From positions 109,060,001 to 109,124,000 of the forward strand of contig NW_024704742.1 in NCBI RefSeq assembly GCF_018977255.1: a stretch of DNA of 64,000 bases, given 5' to 3'. The notes below the pieces were generated by a model. That model did no database searches and was not told the origin of the DNA. It saw nothing but the letters and a program-made list of their open reading frames with translations. Made by a program: the position numbers and the translations under genes. Below are positions 25,605 through 40,112 of the stretch, piece by piece; position 1 is the first letter of the stretch, and every line of letters starts with the position of its first letter. The stretch is from Callorhinchus milii (Eukaryota).

Positions 25605-26597
25605 CGACTACTGCTCTTCTTAATATACATAAATGATCAGGTCTTGGGTATAGCAAGTACTATTTCCAAGTTTGCGGATGACACAAAGTTAGGTAGGATA
25701 GTAAACAGTGAGAAGGATAAGAGCCAACTGCAGGAAGACATAGACAGAATGGTAAAATGGGCAGACACATGGCAGATGAGTTTCAATGTGGAGAAATGCG
25801 AAGCAATGCATTTTGGTAGAAAGAATGAGGGGAGGCAATATAGGCTGGTAATACAATCTTAAGGGGGGTAAAAGAGCAGAGAGATCTGGGGGTTCAGGTA
25901 AATGAATCCTTGAAGGTGGCAGGACAGGTAGATAAAGCTGTAAAAAGGGCATATGGGATACTAGGCTTTATAAATAGGGGCATAGAGTACAAGAGTTAGG
26001 AGGTTATGATTAACCTAAAACACTGGTTAGGCCTCAGTTGGAATACTGCGCCCATTTGTGGGCAACACACTATAGGAAGGATGTTAAGGTATTGGAAAGG
26101 GTGCAGAGGAGATTTACGAGGATGATACCAGGAATGAGGGACCTTGATTATGAGGAAAGGCTAGAGAGGCTGGGACTATTCTCATTGAAGCCGAGAAGGT
26201 TACGAGGAGACCTAGTAGAGGTCTTCAAAATCATGAGGGGATTTGATAGGTTAGAAAGGGAAAAACTGTTTCCACTGGTGGGTGTGTCGGTGACTCGAGG
26301 TCACAGATTTAAAATAGTTTCTATTTTAAAAGAAGTAGAGGGGAGGTGAGAAGAAATGTTTTCATGCAGCGAGTTGTTTGAATCTGGAATGCATTGCCTG
26401 AAAGGGTGGTCGAGGCCGATTCAATAACAACTTTTAAAAACGTGGTGGATGGGTATTTGAGGAGGACGGGTCTGCAGGGTTATGGGAAAAGGGTTGGGGA
26501 GTGGGATTGACATTACATTGCTCTTTTGAAAGAGCCGCCACAGACTCAATGGGCCGATTGGCCTCGTTTTGTGCTGTACGATTCGATGATTCTATGA
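25605..26597 (+). mobile_element. CR1 LINE 3' portion (decayed reverse transcriptase)
   Basis: ISKFADDTKLG..LQEDIDRMVKWADTWQMSFNVEKC and LEYC..W..LERVQRRFTRMIPG..LRGDLVEVFKI, with GATTCTATGA-type tail. Confidence 0.9.
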
Positions 26598-27296
26598 AAA
26601 CGTTTGAAATGTTCAGCTGCATTTTTTCCTAAATATTTTACTATCCGCAATATACACCACAGAAATACCATGTGAGTTTTGAACCCTTACTTGAAATGAG
26701 TATTCCTTCATTAATGTACACACTGAAATCATTTGTTATTGCAAAATGTGAGAATTTGATTTTGATGAGATTATAAACAAGGTGGATCAGAAACACGACA
26801 ACTACTTCCACAGTGAACACAACAGAATCTCCTAGGTGTTAAAGGGCAGCCTCAGGAAAAAAAACATTATTTGTTTCTCAAACAAATAATAAAACCCATT
26901 TGTGTTGCTAAAATTGTTGTTTACCATGTTGGTACGTTGAACTCATATATTGTAGGCTAACACTCCATTGCAGTGCTGCGAATGTGTTTCATTGTTTGAA
27001 GTGCCAACTCTCAGAAAAGACTTTAAGACAAGGTCGCGTCTGCCTGTTCAGGTGAACATCGAAGATTCAGTAGCCCTATTTGAAAAGGGAAGGGACTTTT
27101 TCCCTTGTCCTGGTCAATAATCCCCCAAATAAAATTGGACGTTCACTTTGTCGCTGTTTGTGTAACATTACTCTATGCAAATTGACTGCCAATTCCTCTC
27201 ACAAAATTCAGTCAACACAAAAACAACCAGCATTTATATAGCGCCCCTCAAACAACATAGTGCCTCGGAGTGTTGAAAGTCATTCCACTTAATGAT

Positions 27297-27658
27297 TAAT
27301 CCTAGCATTTGATATAACACCAGTTCATGTCTTTGACACATCTCAAAGCGCTTCACAGAATATATTGCAAAGGGAATTGACTGATTTTTGGGGACGAAAC
27401 GCAGCAGCCAATTACACACAGCAGTGTCCTATAAACAATTGTGGATTGAGTGACCAAATTATCATTAAAAAAAACTTTTTTAAGGGATTTTAAGAAAAAG
27501 CAATTCACCAATTGACTAACAACTGGGTTCCTACTTACTGCTCGGTAACAGATGTGTGGAGTAAGGAAATTTGCCCAACGTTTCGCCCTGTCAGGAATCG
27601 AACCCAGGTCCTCTCACTTGCGAGGTGAGTTCTCTAACCAGTTCTCTACAGGACTCCA
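27297..27658 (-). mobile_element. Long-form tRNA SINE
   Basis: Reverse complement similarity to the 5855 copy. Confidence 0.8.
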
Positions 27659-29657
27659 CAAAGGACCATATGCTCTGAAGCGCTCTAAGATGTCCTTCCA
27701 ATGTGAAAAGTGGGGATCATTTATAAGGATTATGTATAAATATAAGGATTATTTATTTCATATAATTTTTGTAAGCCATAAACTAAGCCTCAGTTAACAT
27801 AAGTGGCACTTTGTAGACATTGATTTGAAAACAATTCATAAGATAAACCTAAGAGTAAATATCAGCTACATTTTAAGAAAAGCTCACCTTTGACTAACAA
27901 GTCACTCATTCGGAGTTCACTGGTTTCGAAGCACCACATCTTCCATGAAGTCATGACATCTCAGGGGCTCAATAAGGATTAATGTTACAGCTCTGTCGAT
28001 GCTTCTGCTTTCTTTCTGAACTGAAAAGACAAAACACATAATAATAATAATAATCCTTGCATTTGGTATAGTGCTTTATCACATCTTCGAGACGTCTCAA
28101 AGCGCTTCACAGAATACACTGTAAAGTGAATTGACTGTATATTTTGTGGGAGAATGAATGGAGAATGCTTCATGCTAAAATTGGTATAGCACACCCAGTT
28201 GACACCATTTCCCTGAAACACAAACTGAAGTAAATCCTGATATTAGTGCAGTTAATCTAATTGGAAATAGCACTTTATTGCAAATCATGTTGTACAATAG
28301 CACTTCAGATGCAACCTCGATTCAGCTGAAATTTTTTATTCAAATGTGGGAGGTTGGCATTTGCACTTGGTACCACAACTTTTGATGGTGAAAGCTAACT
28401 CCAGAAATAAAATAAAGTAGCGCCATGAACCCAACCAGAGATCAAATCTGGAATGAGATAAGGAGTCATTGGGGAACAGAGGCACAGACTGAATGAACAA
28501 ACCTTCAATTTTACCCCATTCCCGGTGAATTTGTCTCCTCAGTCACATCGCCAAATTATATTTTGTGTTCAGGCTCTTCAGCACGAGGGAGAGGAATTTT
28601 AACAATCAGACAATGAAGCATCACTCAGCCACTCAACCGTGCCTTCTAGTGGCCTACTCAAAAACAGCAGATGTTTGGGAACTGGTGCTAACAGCTGCAG
28701 TCTGAGCTACAGAAGCTCTATAGTCTGAGAGACCAAAAGTGGTGACAAAAGAGTATTGTGATCACCAATAATATAGAATGAAATTGGACACATAAGTGAC
28801 GATTCCTTCATTGTTGGTAGATTTACCAACTACTACAGCGTAACCTTGCAAAGGAGTTTTGCATTATTATAGTCACACTGCCAAGGTCAATAAATTTAAG
28901 CAATAAGAGGATAACGCCAACCACGTACATAAAGAGGAGTTGCAGAATTACTGAAGTGATTCAGCTAAAAATACAAAACTAATGACTTAGTTAAAATCGT
29001 AACCACTATTGTTAATACTTTACTAGTATTACACATTTTAAAAATATTATCTTGCCTTGTGCTTTGTAATGGCAACTAATTTGACTGTAGTCAATTATGC
29101 GCAATTGGCTACTGCATTTCGTCCACAAAATACACAGTCAATCCACTTTACAATACATTCTGTGAAGCGCTTTGAGATGTCTCAATGATGTGATAAGGTG
29201 CTATATAAAATGCAAGGATTATTATTATCATAATAATGTAATAGTACATTTTCACTTTCATTGCTTTACTTGCACTTCATATGCTTTGGACAGAAATGAA
29301 CACCTTTTAAGTACAGTAACATCCCAGCAGGATAAATCAGCAAGAAGCATTTACATTGAATATTTTGTACAGTAACAGTACAATGATGTACTTACCTACA
29401 ACTTATCTACAGCAAGTTAAACAAAAGGACATACAAGAAGATTATTTGTTAGCGAGCTGGTTACCCATTTCTCCAAACTAAAACAGATGATCTTGCACAT
29501 TTTGTAAATAATCTGGGCAATCCAAATATTTTTTTTAATGTTATTTTGTTTTCTGACCTTCCCTTGTGGTAATGGGAATGTGCAGGGTGGATATTCTGAA
29601 AGGAAGAGATGAAATGAGTTGGAAGGCCTTCTTTAGCCAAAGCTCTTGTCATCATGT

Positions 29658-30019
29658 AATAATAATAATCCTTGTATTTGATATAGTCTTATCACATCTT
29701 CGAGACGTCTCAAAGCGCTTAACGGAATATACTGTAAAGTAAATTGACTGTATATTTTGTGGGCGAAACGCGTCAGCTAGTTGTGCACAGCAGTGTCCCA
29801 CAAACAGTCATGGATTGAGTGACCACATTTTTTTTAAAAGGAGTTATTTCCCCGGAACAATGTTCTGCCAGTTGACTAACAACCAAGTTCAAACTTACTG
29901 CTAGGTAAACAGAGGCGTGTGGAGTAAAGAAACTTGTCCAACGTTGCGCCCTGCCAGGAATTGAACCCAGATCCTCTACGCTTGCGAGGCGAGTGCTCTA
30001 ACCACTGAGCTATAGGATG
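29658..30019 (-). mobile_element. Long-form tRNA SINE
   Basis: Head, insert, core and tail all recognisable. Confidence 0.85.
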
Positions 30020-31229
30020 CCATGTAGTCGCTGGACTAAACTAGTCCTTGGCCAAAAGAGCAGGCAAGTGACTTATCAGCTCACAGACAATGGATGACTT
30101 GAAGCATTACTTGAAGGTGTTATCACACTCACTGTGCTGAAGACAAAACCAAAATTTGGAATTCTTACAAATAAAGAATTAGTCACAAATCTTTATTTAT
30201 ACACAGCATATGTATATTTAAAGTATTATATTTATTCAGATTTACAATACAAATTGTATGTATTTTGTAAGCTCTTCTTCCCCAAGGCTCCAAATCTTTC
30301 TATTTTGTTAACAAAACTTAACAAAATCTAAATCTATCCTAGCTCACTGGAGCATCAATAATCCCTCGCCTGAGCCACCTCTTTCAGATTTATTTTAATG
30401 TTGATTCTGGAGTCTATCATGCACTGATGCTCAAAATAATCTTTTTTTTAGATCTTTATAGTGCAATTTTGTATTATTAATAATAATCCTTGTATTTGAT
30501 ATTGTGTCTTATCAGGTCAAATTGTCTCAAAACCCTTCACAGAGTTACGATAAAATATAGTAACCGTAAAGTAGAGCAAATTCAGCAGCCAATTTGCTCA
30601 TAGCCATGTCCAAAAAACAGCATGACCAATTCTATCTGGAGGATTGTTGGCCAGGACACCAAAAGAAACTCCCTTCTCAAATAGTCATGGGATCATTAAA
30701 ATCCACCTAATGAGGCAGATAGGTCTCAGTTTAATCACTTGGAAGGGATGTGGAATTCAGTATGTGAAACAAAGATGTAACTATGTATAAAGGTATGATT
30801 GTGATATCAACAGTTAGAAGCAGGATAAATATACAAATAATTGAGTATGTTTACACTAATTTTGTGGAAAACTGTATACTTTCCTGTTGGTGAAACATTG
30901 ACTTTGAACCATTTTTACAGTCAGAGTTCATGACTCTCTTTCAGACTTTGAAAGTGTTTGTCTATGGTTGAACTCTCTAGTTAATTTTAGTTGGCTTTGG
31001 TAAGCAACTCAGAGTTAATCTATTTTATTTGACAACACATCCATTGGGCATGAAATTTTGAGGGGTTGTGTTTGATTCAATTTTAAAGAGATGATGGCAA
31101 ATAGAGGGTATTCATTTAAGATAATTAGAAAAGGTGCAAAGGGGAGATTAGGAGGATTTAAATAATAATAATCCTTATATTTGATATAGAGCCTTATCAC
31201 ATTGTCTAGACATCTCAAAACACTTCACA

Positions 31230-31603
31230 GAATAAGAATAATATTTGCAATTGATACAGCGCCTTATTACATCTTCGAGATGTCTCAAAACGCTTCACAG
31301 AATATACTGTAAAGTGAATTGACTGTAACTTTTGTGGGTGAAACGTGGCAGCCAATTGCACACAGCAGTGTCCCACAAACAATCGTGGATTATTATTTTT
31401 TGGAGGAATTACTCCCCCTGGAAAAGCAATACACCAATCGACTAACAAGCAGATTCCTAATTACTGCTAGGTAAACAGAGGCGTGTGTGTGTATGTGGAG
31501 TAAAGAAACTTGCCTAAAGTTTCGCCCTGTCCCACTCGGGAGTCGAACCTAGGTTCTCTCACTTGTGAGGTGAGCGCTCTAACTGCTATGCTGCAGGACT
31601 CCA
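31230..31603 (-). mobile_element. Long-form tRNA SINE, next to an extra tail fragment at about 31160
   Basis: Head, insert, core and tail all recognisable. Confidence 0.8.
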
Positions 31604-31609
31604 CAATGG

Positions 31610-31825
31610 AGAGTGGGAGAGAGCAAAGGATTGTAAGAGAGGGAGGGGAAGGGGAGAGTGAGGCGAGGTAGAGACAGGAAGAGGGAGGGAGTGAGAGAAG
31701 GAAGGGAGAGGCATAAGGAGGGAGGGATGGAGGGAGGGAGGGAAGAAGGGAAGGAAGAGAGAGAGATGGGAGAGAGATGGAGGGAGGGAGGGAGGGAGGG
31801 AGGGAGGGAGGGAGGGAGGGGGGAA
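31610..31825. repeat. Polypurine (GGAG)n tract
   Basis: Near-pure A/G run ending in (GGAG)n. Confidence 0.85.
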
Positions 31826-34577
31826 TGAGTCAATTGATTGCCTCGAGATGGATGCAGTTGGGATTTTCAGAATGCAGGACAGCTATTCCGTAACGGTGTA
31901 GAGCTTCCACGTAAGGAGGCCGGAATGAATATATTGTAAGTGTATTGACTATATTTTCTGGGCAAAACACGATAGCCAATTGCACCCAGCAGTGTCCCCC
32001 AAACAGTCATGGATTGAGTGACCATCTGATTTTTAAGGCATTATTACTATATTAAAGGGAGGGAGGGGGTTAGGGTAGCTTTCATTTTGGAGTCTGAACA
32101 GCTCTGATCCAATCCTGGACAACACTGCAAGAAGAGAGGGTGAAGATTCTACAATTGGTCTCAGTATTGAGGTTGGGGGAAGGAGCTAAAAAGAGAGGGG
32201 ATCGGTGCGAAACCAGCTACAACTACAACTCAGAGGCATGCATTGAGCGCTGTACACAGCTGTGATGATAGATGCTCTGCAGATGGCTGCAGTCAAGGAT
32301 TTAGACCCAAATAAAAATAATAATAAAGATTGTTTGAATCGGAGAGTTGTTAGGATGTGGAATGACTGTCAGGTGCAGTGCGTGAGGCAGAATCCATAAT
32401 AGCTTTCAAAAGAGAACTAGAGTAATGAGTGATTAACAGGAATAGTGGAAACAGGCCTGAATGCATTGCTCTTTCAAAAAGCCAGCCCAGACTTGATGGC
32501 TTTCTTCTGTGTTGTAAATTTCTATAGAACATTTGAAACCTGTACCTCCTTTTCTAGCAGAATGTACATTAAGAAATGAAAAAAAATGTTTCATAACAGA
32601 TCTAATGCAATATCACAATCATATCAGCCACAAAATGTTGAATTATTCACACCCAAAGTTTTTAATATTTGTGCACAAATTAAAAATATTTGAATTCTTG
32701 TTGGAACAGATCTTTCAGACAATTTTGATGTGAATGGTATATCTGAAGAAAAGGAAACAATAATCTTATCATACGTATACCTCAATTAAATAAAAAAAAT
32801 CTCATTCATCTATTCACATAATAATGTCCCAGTCTGGCTAAGCTCACAGCACTCTTGGCTCTGAGTCAGAATGCTGTGGATTTTGAGCTCAAGGCCTAGG
32901 CTGACAGTCCAGTGCCATACTGTGGAAGAGCTGCATTTCAGAGATGTTGTCTTTAAATGACATGTTAAACCAAAGTCTTGTCTACTTGTACATACTGACA
33001 TTTAAAACTCCCATATTGCTATGTGAAAAGAGAAGGGAGTTTCTCTCGGTTCCTGGCTAACTAATCTCACAGATAATATTGGCCATTCACTTCATGGCTG
33101 TTTGTGGGACATTGCTATGGGCAAATTGGTTGCTGCGTTTGTCTATAAATCCGCAAACACTTTGCAATATATTCTCTCAAATACTTTGAGATGTTTCAAC
33201 CATGCTATGAAGTGCTTTATTATTATTATCACTGATAACAACAATGTCCTCTTCAAATCTCAACATAACAGGGTTTGTGGTAATGACAAACATGACATTT
33301 GACTCAAGTAATTATTTTTAAATGTCAATTTGTAACCTCAAATGAAAAATGAAACAAATGAACAGCAGTAAAAAATCGATGTGATAATTATCATACTAAA
33401 TGTTGCATTTTCAACATATTATCTGATCATCAACAAGGCACTGCTCTCTGGAATCCTTTTCAAAAACTTCTTTCATCTACCTTCCTTCAAAACCCTTCCA
33501 AAAAATATATTTTTCCACAATGAATTTGGTTAACTAAATGTTTCTACTTGTTTGGTGCTCCATGTGAAATAGTAAATCCCTTTGAGACATTTATTGCACA
33601 TGAAGGCAATTATTCAGGAATTCAGTCAAAAATACCACGATTTAGACCTTACACTGAGGCCAGTTACCATCGACCAGGACCCCTGACCCTGTGTGTGAGT
33701 TTAGAGTATGAGTTTAATGAGGAAAAAATACTTCAATGAATATTTTGTAACCCAAGGAAATGTTGAGAAAGCGTTTTAATTGTGAAGCTAAGTAGTTCCA
33801 TATGTCATTTCAATTGCCTCTGTCTAAAACAAGAAAAAAGAGAAACAAAATGTAAAGTAAATAGCACGGGTCTAAAATGCAACTTCTATGAAAGTTATTG
33901 AATCCGAATGTTCAAGTTGGAACATGACTTAAAAAAAAGTATGTGTAAAATTTTACGTTACCTGAGTGCTGGAAGCTAATGCACATTATCATGGCAATGC
34001 CGTGTTCCCTAGCTAAAAGTGAAAGAAGAAAAAGCTTGCATTTTTATCGTGAGTTATTAAGTTAAAACATCTTCAAGCGCTTCACAGTAATCGCTGTAAT
34101 GTTTTATGACTGTTCTTACAGGCAAACATTTGGCACATAGCAAATTGCCACAAACAGCCATGAGATGAATAATAAGTTTAACTGGCACTAGCCTGGATAC
34201 CAAAAGAAACTCCCTTCACTTTCAAATAGTACCATAAGATCTTTATCATCCACCTTATCAGGTGACAGGACCTCAGTTTAACATACTGTCTTCTAAAGCA
34301 ATGGCATCTCCATAGACAGTCTTCTGCCAGCTTTGTACATTAGAGTCAGGCTGCACTATGAGCCCAAGTCTTGTTGTGGGGCTTGACCCCATTTGCTCTC
34401 TAACCCAGTGGTACTGACACCTACTGAGCCAAACTGACACCTGAGATGTTTCTGCACCTAAATCTCAATGTGCAGAGAAATTTTAGAAATTTCTTTGCAC
34501 ATTGAGACAGACCGTCTTCTGAGGTTAGGAATTAGTTTTCCTGTTCAGGACATGCCAAAAACAATAATATCATACTG

Positions 34578-34780
34578 CAGGTGGTCCAACCTTTTGGCTG
34601 CTGAGGCCCAGTTGCCATGTTTGAGAAACGTCCGGAGGTCGCATAAGCAATATTTTTGTGTTTCCCGTCCAGAAACAGAACATTTACAGGTTATGGAAGT
34701 AGCGGGGGCGGGGGGGAGGGGGGCTAGATGAAATGCAGTTAGGGATGGGGGGGGATGAAATAGCCAGTTGGACTATCCTG
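34578..34780. mobile_element. hAT-type MITE
   Basis: TIR CAGGTGGTCCAAC..GTTGGACTATCCTG, flanked by the 8-bp near-duplicate TCATACTG/TTATACTG. Related fragments at about 1894-2040 and 5070-5185. Confidence 0.7.
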
Positions 34781-35656
34781 TTATACTGTATTTATAAATC
34801 TAAAGCTATTTGCAAAGATCACCACTAGAGTGTACTCTATAAGGAGCCACACTAAACACTATGTTGTTCACACAATTGTATTTAATGCGTCAGTAATAAA
34901 TACAATTTGTTTGCAGTGATCCCTTTTTAAATTATCATTCTCCCCCAATGGAGTCTCATAATCAGCTGCACCATGTGGAAGATATTACTAAAATCAGGGC
35001 GATCAGACAAATAACAAAGCCACACATTGACATTTATCAATTTACATGACTAGTTTGAGTCCATATTATTTAGCTGCTGCATTTGCATATGTAACTGTCA
35101 CTGTGCCTGAAAGTAACTAAGTTTTATTAGCCGCTTCTTTAATAATAATAGTCCTTACATTTGTCATAGCACCATTCACATCCACAGGATGTCTCAAAAC
35201 GCTTCACAGAATATAACTGAAAAGTGTAGTGATTGTGTTTTTTATGGGCAAATTGTTTTGCGATAGTTTGATATGATAAGGAGTTATATCAAATGAAAGA
35301 ATTATTAATTATTATGTGTTGCATGTTTTCAACTAAAAGTAGAATTTTAAAAGGTTTCATACTTCAAGCGAATGAAACTTTTGGCATCTAAACAACAACA
35401 ATTTACATTTATATAGTGCCTTATACACCAGAGTTTCAAAACATTTCACACAACTGACTGGGTATAATTTTTATTTCCAGATATTTCTCCAAATAAGCAT
35501 TTTGAATGGATGATAAATGTCAGAGATCCATTTGATAAAAAGGAATAACAATCATTGCATTTGATATAGATGTAGCATCTCATCCAAAGATGGCACCTCT
35601 GATAATGAGGCATTCCATCAATATGTAACTAGAGTGTCAGTCTGGATGATGAAATC

Positions 35657-35977
35657 AATAATAATAATAATAATAATCCTTGCATTTGGTATAGCGCTTT
35701 TCACGTCGGGAGGACGTCCCAAAGCGCTTCACAGAACACACTGTAAAGTGAATTGACTGTATATTTGTGGGCGAACGTGGCAGCCAATTGCGCACAGCAA
35801 TGTCCCACAAACAGTCGTAGTTTGAAAATGACCAATTTATTATTGTTTTTGGTTTTTGGAGGGATTATTATTAGGTGTGTGGAGTAAGGAAACTTGCCCA
35901 AGGTTTCGCGCTGCCTGGAATTGAACTCAGGTCTCTCACTTGCAAAGCGAGTGCTCTAACCACTGAGCTACAGGACT
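35657..35977 (-). mobile_element. Young short-form tRNA SINE
   Basis: Reverse complement of the 38543 copy. Confidence 0.9.
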
Positions 35978-37718
35978 GATATGAGCCCAGAACTGACAAA
36001 ATTTAGAAGTTTGAAAAAAATGTAATAGAAAATCAATAATTACTAATAAAAACAGCTGTGCTGTGGGGATAAATAATTCACCGCCAATCACAAATGTGAT
36101 TATTTTAATAATAATAATCCTTGCATTTGATATAGCGCCTTATCATGTGAGTGAGATGTCTAAAAGCACTTCACAGAATATATTATAGAGTGAATTGACT
36201 GTATGTTTTATGGTTGAAACGCAATAGTTTTATGTATTAAAATTAGGTAGTTGACAATGTCTAGCCTCACACTCCAGTGTAGTGTTGGGGAGATTGCTAT
36301 TTGTTGGAGGTGCATTCGGATTAGACATTCAGCTGAGGTCTCATCTGCCTCTTCAGGTGGCCGTTAAAGATCCTATGGAACTACTCGAAAAGAGAGTTTC
36401 TTCCAGTGTCCTGGGCCTAATCATCAATTCCTCAGATATAATTGATCATTCACTGCATGACTGTTTGTGGGACATTGCTGTGTTCAAATTGGCTGTCATG
36501 TTTTTCTACAAAACATACAGTCACTACGCTTTACAGAATATCCTGTGAAGCATTTTGAGACATCTCAGTGACATGATAAGCCGCCTTATCAAATGCAAGA
36601 ATTATTACTATTATTGTTGCTCCTGGATGGAGAGGAATAAGCTCTCAGTCTGACATCCACATGCATCTTTTCCAATAATATAATAAATAATAACCCTTAT
36701 AATTTTTATAGCTCCTTTCATGTTGTGAGGATGTCTCAAAGCATTTCACACAATTTACTATAAAATGTAGTGACTGTGTATTTTGTGGGCAAAAGTGACA
36801 GCCAATTTGCACACAGTGATGTCCCATAAACACCCATGAAGTGAGTGACTAATTTTATTTGGGGGATTGTTGGCCAGGACACCAGGAGAAACTCCCTTCT
36901 CTTCATGATGTGTTGGAGTGGGAGGGCATAAGGCCAGCGCCCTCCATGCCAACCATACAACATTGAAAAAGCTGCCATGTGTTTGCCCTGAGCCTGAATC
37001 CAGGCCTTTCTCAATTCTAGCTGTGTGTAGAGATACAAAATCACAAAGAATGTGATTTTTCAGGGTCAACCTATACTGCTACTGAGATCACGTGAGGTAT
37101 TTTATTTAGGGAGAGAGCAAAATATTTTCCTAGCTGTGGGGATAAACAAACTGCTGAGTACGCTCATTCGTTTTTATTTTGTAAGATAGCGTGATGAGAG
37201 GCTCCTGGCAACAGAGGGTAAAATGTCACAATACGCAAAGTTGCCCATGTGACTGTGCGGTTCAGGCTAACTTACCCAGGGATTACACAGTGGATCCTGT
37301 CCAAACATATCTGAATAAATGACAGCCAGTACGGCTTCAGAAGCAGTGTATCTTGTCTGACCAAACTTCATAGGCTTTTCATAGGAGAAGGTGACATCCC
37401 AGTTTCATAGTGGGAAGCCGTGTGACATAGTACTTCACCTTCCAAAATGGCAGTTGACAAAGTACTTCATGAGAGAATCTCTACAAATTGATTTCACTGG
37501 GTATTAATGTTAAGGCATACACATAGGCTAGCAACTTGATGAAGGCGAGGAAGCATGGGGTATTATTAGGGGAGATACTTACAAATGTACTGGGACCCTC
37601 CAGTTCTTTGTATACATTAATGACCTGGATTCACAGACTCAGTCCCAGTTAATTACATGTTCAGATAAAGCCAAGTTGGGTGAAACAATGGAATCAGATG
37701 AGTAGACAGTTTTACAAG

Positions 37719-38170
37719 TGTGTCATCCTGGCAAAGTGGTAGCGCTCTCACCTCTTAGTCAGAAGGTTGCGAGTTCAAACTCCATGTCGGACTTGGAAGG
37801 ACTTAGTCTAAGCTGAACTCTAATGCAGTGCTGGGGTATGTTGCATTGTCATAGCCACCGTCCTTTGGATGAGACAAATTGAAGTCCCATCTGCCTGTTT
37901 AGATGGACTTTAAGGATCCCATGGCATTATTCAAAAAGAGAAGGTAGTGTCTCGCTCCCGGTGTCCTGGCCAACACAGCCTAACTTAGAATTGGTCATTC
38001 ACTTCGTGGTTGTTTGTGGGACTTTCCTGTGCACAAATTGACTGCCACATTTCACCCACAAAACACACAGTTACAGTACTACTTTACAGTATATGCTGTG
38101 AAGCGCTTTTAGATGTCTCAACAACATGATAAGGTGCTTTTCAAATGCAAGGATTATATATTTTTTATTA
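37719..38170 (+). mobile_element. Older DeuSINE with a full Deu domain (AmnSINE1/SacSINE1-like)
   Basis: Different tRNA-like head (AAGTGGTAGCGCTCTCACCTC..GAAGGTTGCGAGTTCAA), then TGCATTGTC..GGATGAGAC..CTGCCTGTT..GATCCCATGGCA, the shared core and tail. Related copies at about 14190, 15725-16030, 19060-19260, 26950, 32830, 34030-34440, 36260 and 42600. Confidence 0.7.
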
Positions 38171-38542
38171 TTATTTCAAGAAAAGTTTGATATGCAATTG
38201 AGCTGCTGATATTAAATGAAGTTTAAAACAAATACTATGAATGTCATATAAAAGGAATAAAAATAGGAGGCACATGGACAAGACGGATGACATAGAACTT
38301 TCCAAGGGGGAAGTTGAAAGAAATCTAGGTGTTAGTTGACTCATCTCCCACCATGTCAAAACAGTGTGAGTCAGCAATAAACAAGACAAGCAGCATGCTG
38401 AGCTATATTGCCAAATTAGTTGAGTTCAGTTCCCAAGAAGTAATGCTCAAGCTGTACATTGCTGTACAAGCAATGAATACTGCATTGCAGTTTGTGCCTC
38501 CACTATATGAGAGGGCTCTCAGGCCCCAAAAGCAGTGCAAGT

Positions 38543-38865
38543 GGAGTCCTGTAGCTCAGTGGTTAGAGCACTCGCTTTGCAAGCGAGACACCTGAGTTCA
38601 ATTCCAGGCAGAGGGCGAAACCTTGGGCAAGTTTCCTTACTCCACACGCCTAATAACAATCCCTCCAAAACCAAAAAACAATAATAAATTGGCCATTTAC
38701 AATCTACGACTGTTTGTGGGACATTGCTGTGCGCAATTGGCTGCCACGTTCGCCCACAAATATACAGTCAATTCACTTATCAGTGTTTTCTGTGAAGCAC
38801 TTTGGGATGTCCTCCCGACGTGAAAAGCGCTATATCAAATGCAAGGATTATTATTATTATTATTA
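38543..38865 (+). mobile_element. Young short-form tRNA(Ala-like) SINE with Deu-like core and L2-type tail
   Basis: Box A TAGCTCAGTGG, anticodon arm CTCGC-TTTGCAA-GCGAG, box B GAGTTCAATTCC, core GTTTGTGGGACATTGCTGTGCGCAATTGGCTGCC, 3' stem-loop and (ATT)n. Inserted into a CR1 remnant. Confidence 0.9.
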
Positions 38866-39544
38866 ATGTAGGGTAACAAGGATAATCCCCAGTGTTAGAG
38901 GAATGAACTGTGAGAAGTGATTAAATTCCATAGGGATTTTCAGCCTTGAAGATAGACATCTCAGACAGAACCTTATAAAGCTTTATAAGATTCAAAATGA
39001 GATTCAGAATGTAAACCAAGAACAATACTTTCAGATATGTCAAGACAGCAGAACAGGTTCAGAGCTGTGAAGGGTAACTTCAGGACAGAGACCCGATAAA
39101 CTTTCTTTACACGAGAGTAATTAACGGTGGAACAGGTTACCAGGAAGGATGGTGGAGGCAAGGACCCTGGACTCATCTAAAAATACAGCTTAATATTATG
39201 ATGAGAGAATGGGAGGGTGGGTTTTCTGGAAAGATGACATCAAATGGGTCGAAGAGCTTTCTTCGTCTGAACCTTTTGTAATCTTGTGATAAATTTAAAC
39301 ACTGGTAAGAAGAGAAATTTATAACATTGCAAAAAGTTTACCTACCCTATTCCAAAAATCTAAATGCACTGAAAATGGAGATATCAGTTTTGCCCAGTGA
39401 ATAAGAATTAGTAGATAGTCGCCTTTCTGGAAGGATGAACATCTCAAAATGCTTAACAGATATAATAAAGAGCACCAAATAAGGAAATCGGAGTTGGCCA
39501 ACTGCAAGATTGATGAGATACGTTTTTAATACACGCATACATAA

Positions 39545-40112
39545 CATCGAGGCTTGACTATGCAAACTCCTTGCTTGTCGGCCTCCCCTACTCTTCCCTC
39601 CATGGCCTGCAGATCATCCAGAACTCTACAGCCTGTGACCTCTCCCGCACTTGGCACCATGATCCTATCACCCCCATCCTCATCCGACTCCACTGACTTC
39701 CCATCACACAGAGGATACAGTTCAAGATCCTGGTCCTCACCTTCAAAGCCCTCCATGGCCTTGCTCTCCACTACCTCTGCGACCTCCTAACCATCCTGCC
39801 TGCTCAGCGGGCTCCAATCTGCTTCACGTCCTCCACCTCGCCCGCCCTACTATTGGCGGGTGGGCCTTCTGCAAACTCTGCCCCCACCCTCTGGAACTCC
39901 ATCCCATAGCCCCTCTGCCTCACCCCCTCCCTGGCTACCTTCAAGACTCATCTCAAGACCCTCCTCTTCGATCGTGCTTTCGATCACCTTCCTTCCCCCA
40001 CTGCCCTCCACCCTCCCCAAACCCGACCCCCAGCTCGTGTCTGAAACACTGACTATCCAGCGTCATGGGATGTCTTCCCAATGAGAAAGGCACTATACAC
40101 ATGTAATTTTGG
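39545..40112 (+). mobile_element. L2 3' fragment
   Basis: Similar to the 44455 copy, with tail. Confidence 0.82.

Larger units (their letters stand above)
37500..39290 (+). mobile_element. Old CR1 remnant interrupted by two SINEs
   Basis: Decayed YINDLD, DLGV..KQC..A..ML and GFFSLE..GYKF..WN motifs on both sides of the SINE insertions. Confidence 0.55.

Noticed and set aside
38543..38615. tRNA-Ala gene
   Set aside because: It is a SINE head, followed by core and tail in many copies, with no oligo-T terminator after the tRNA part.
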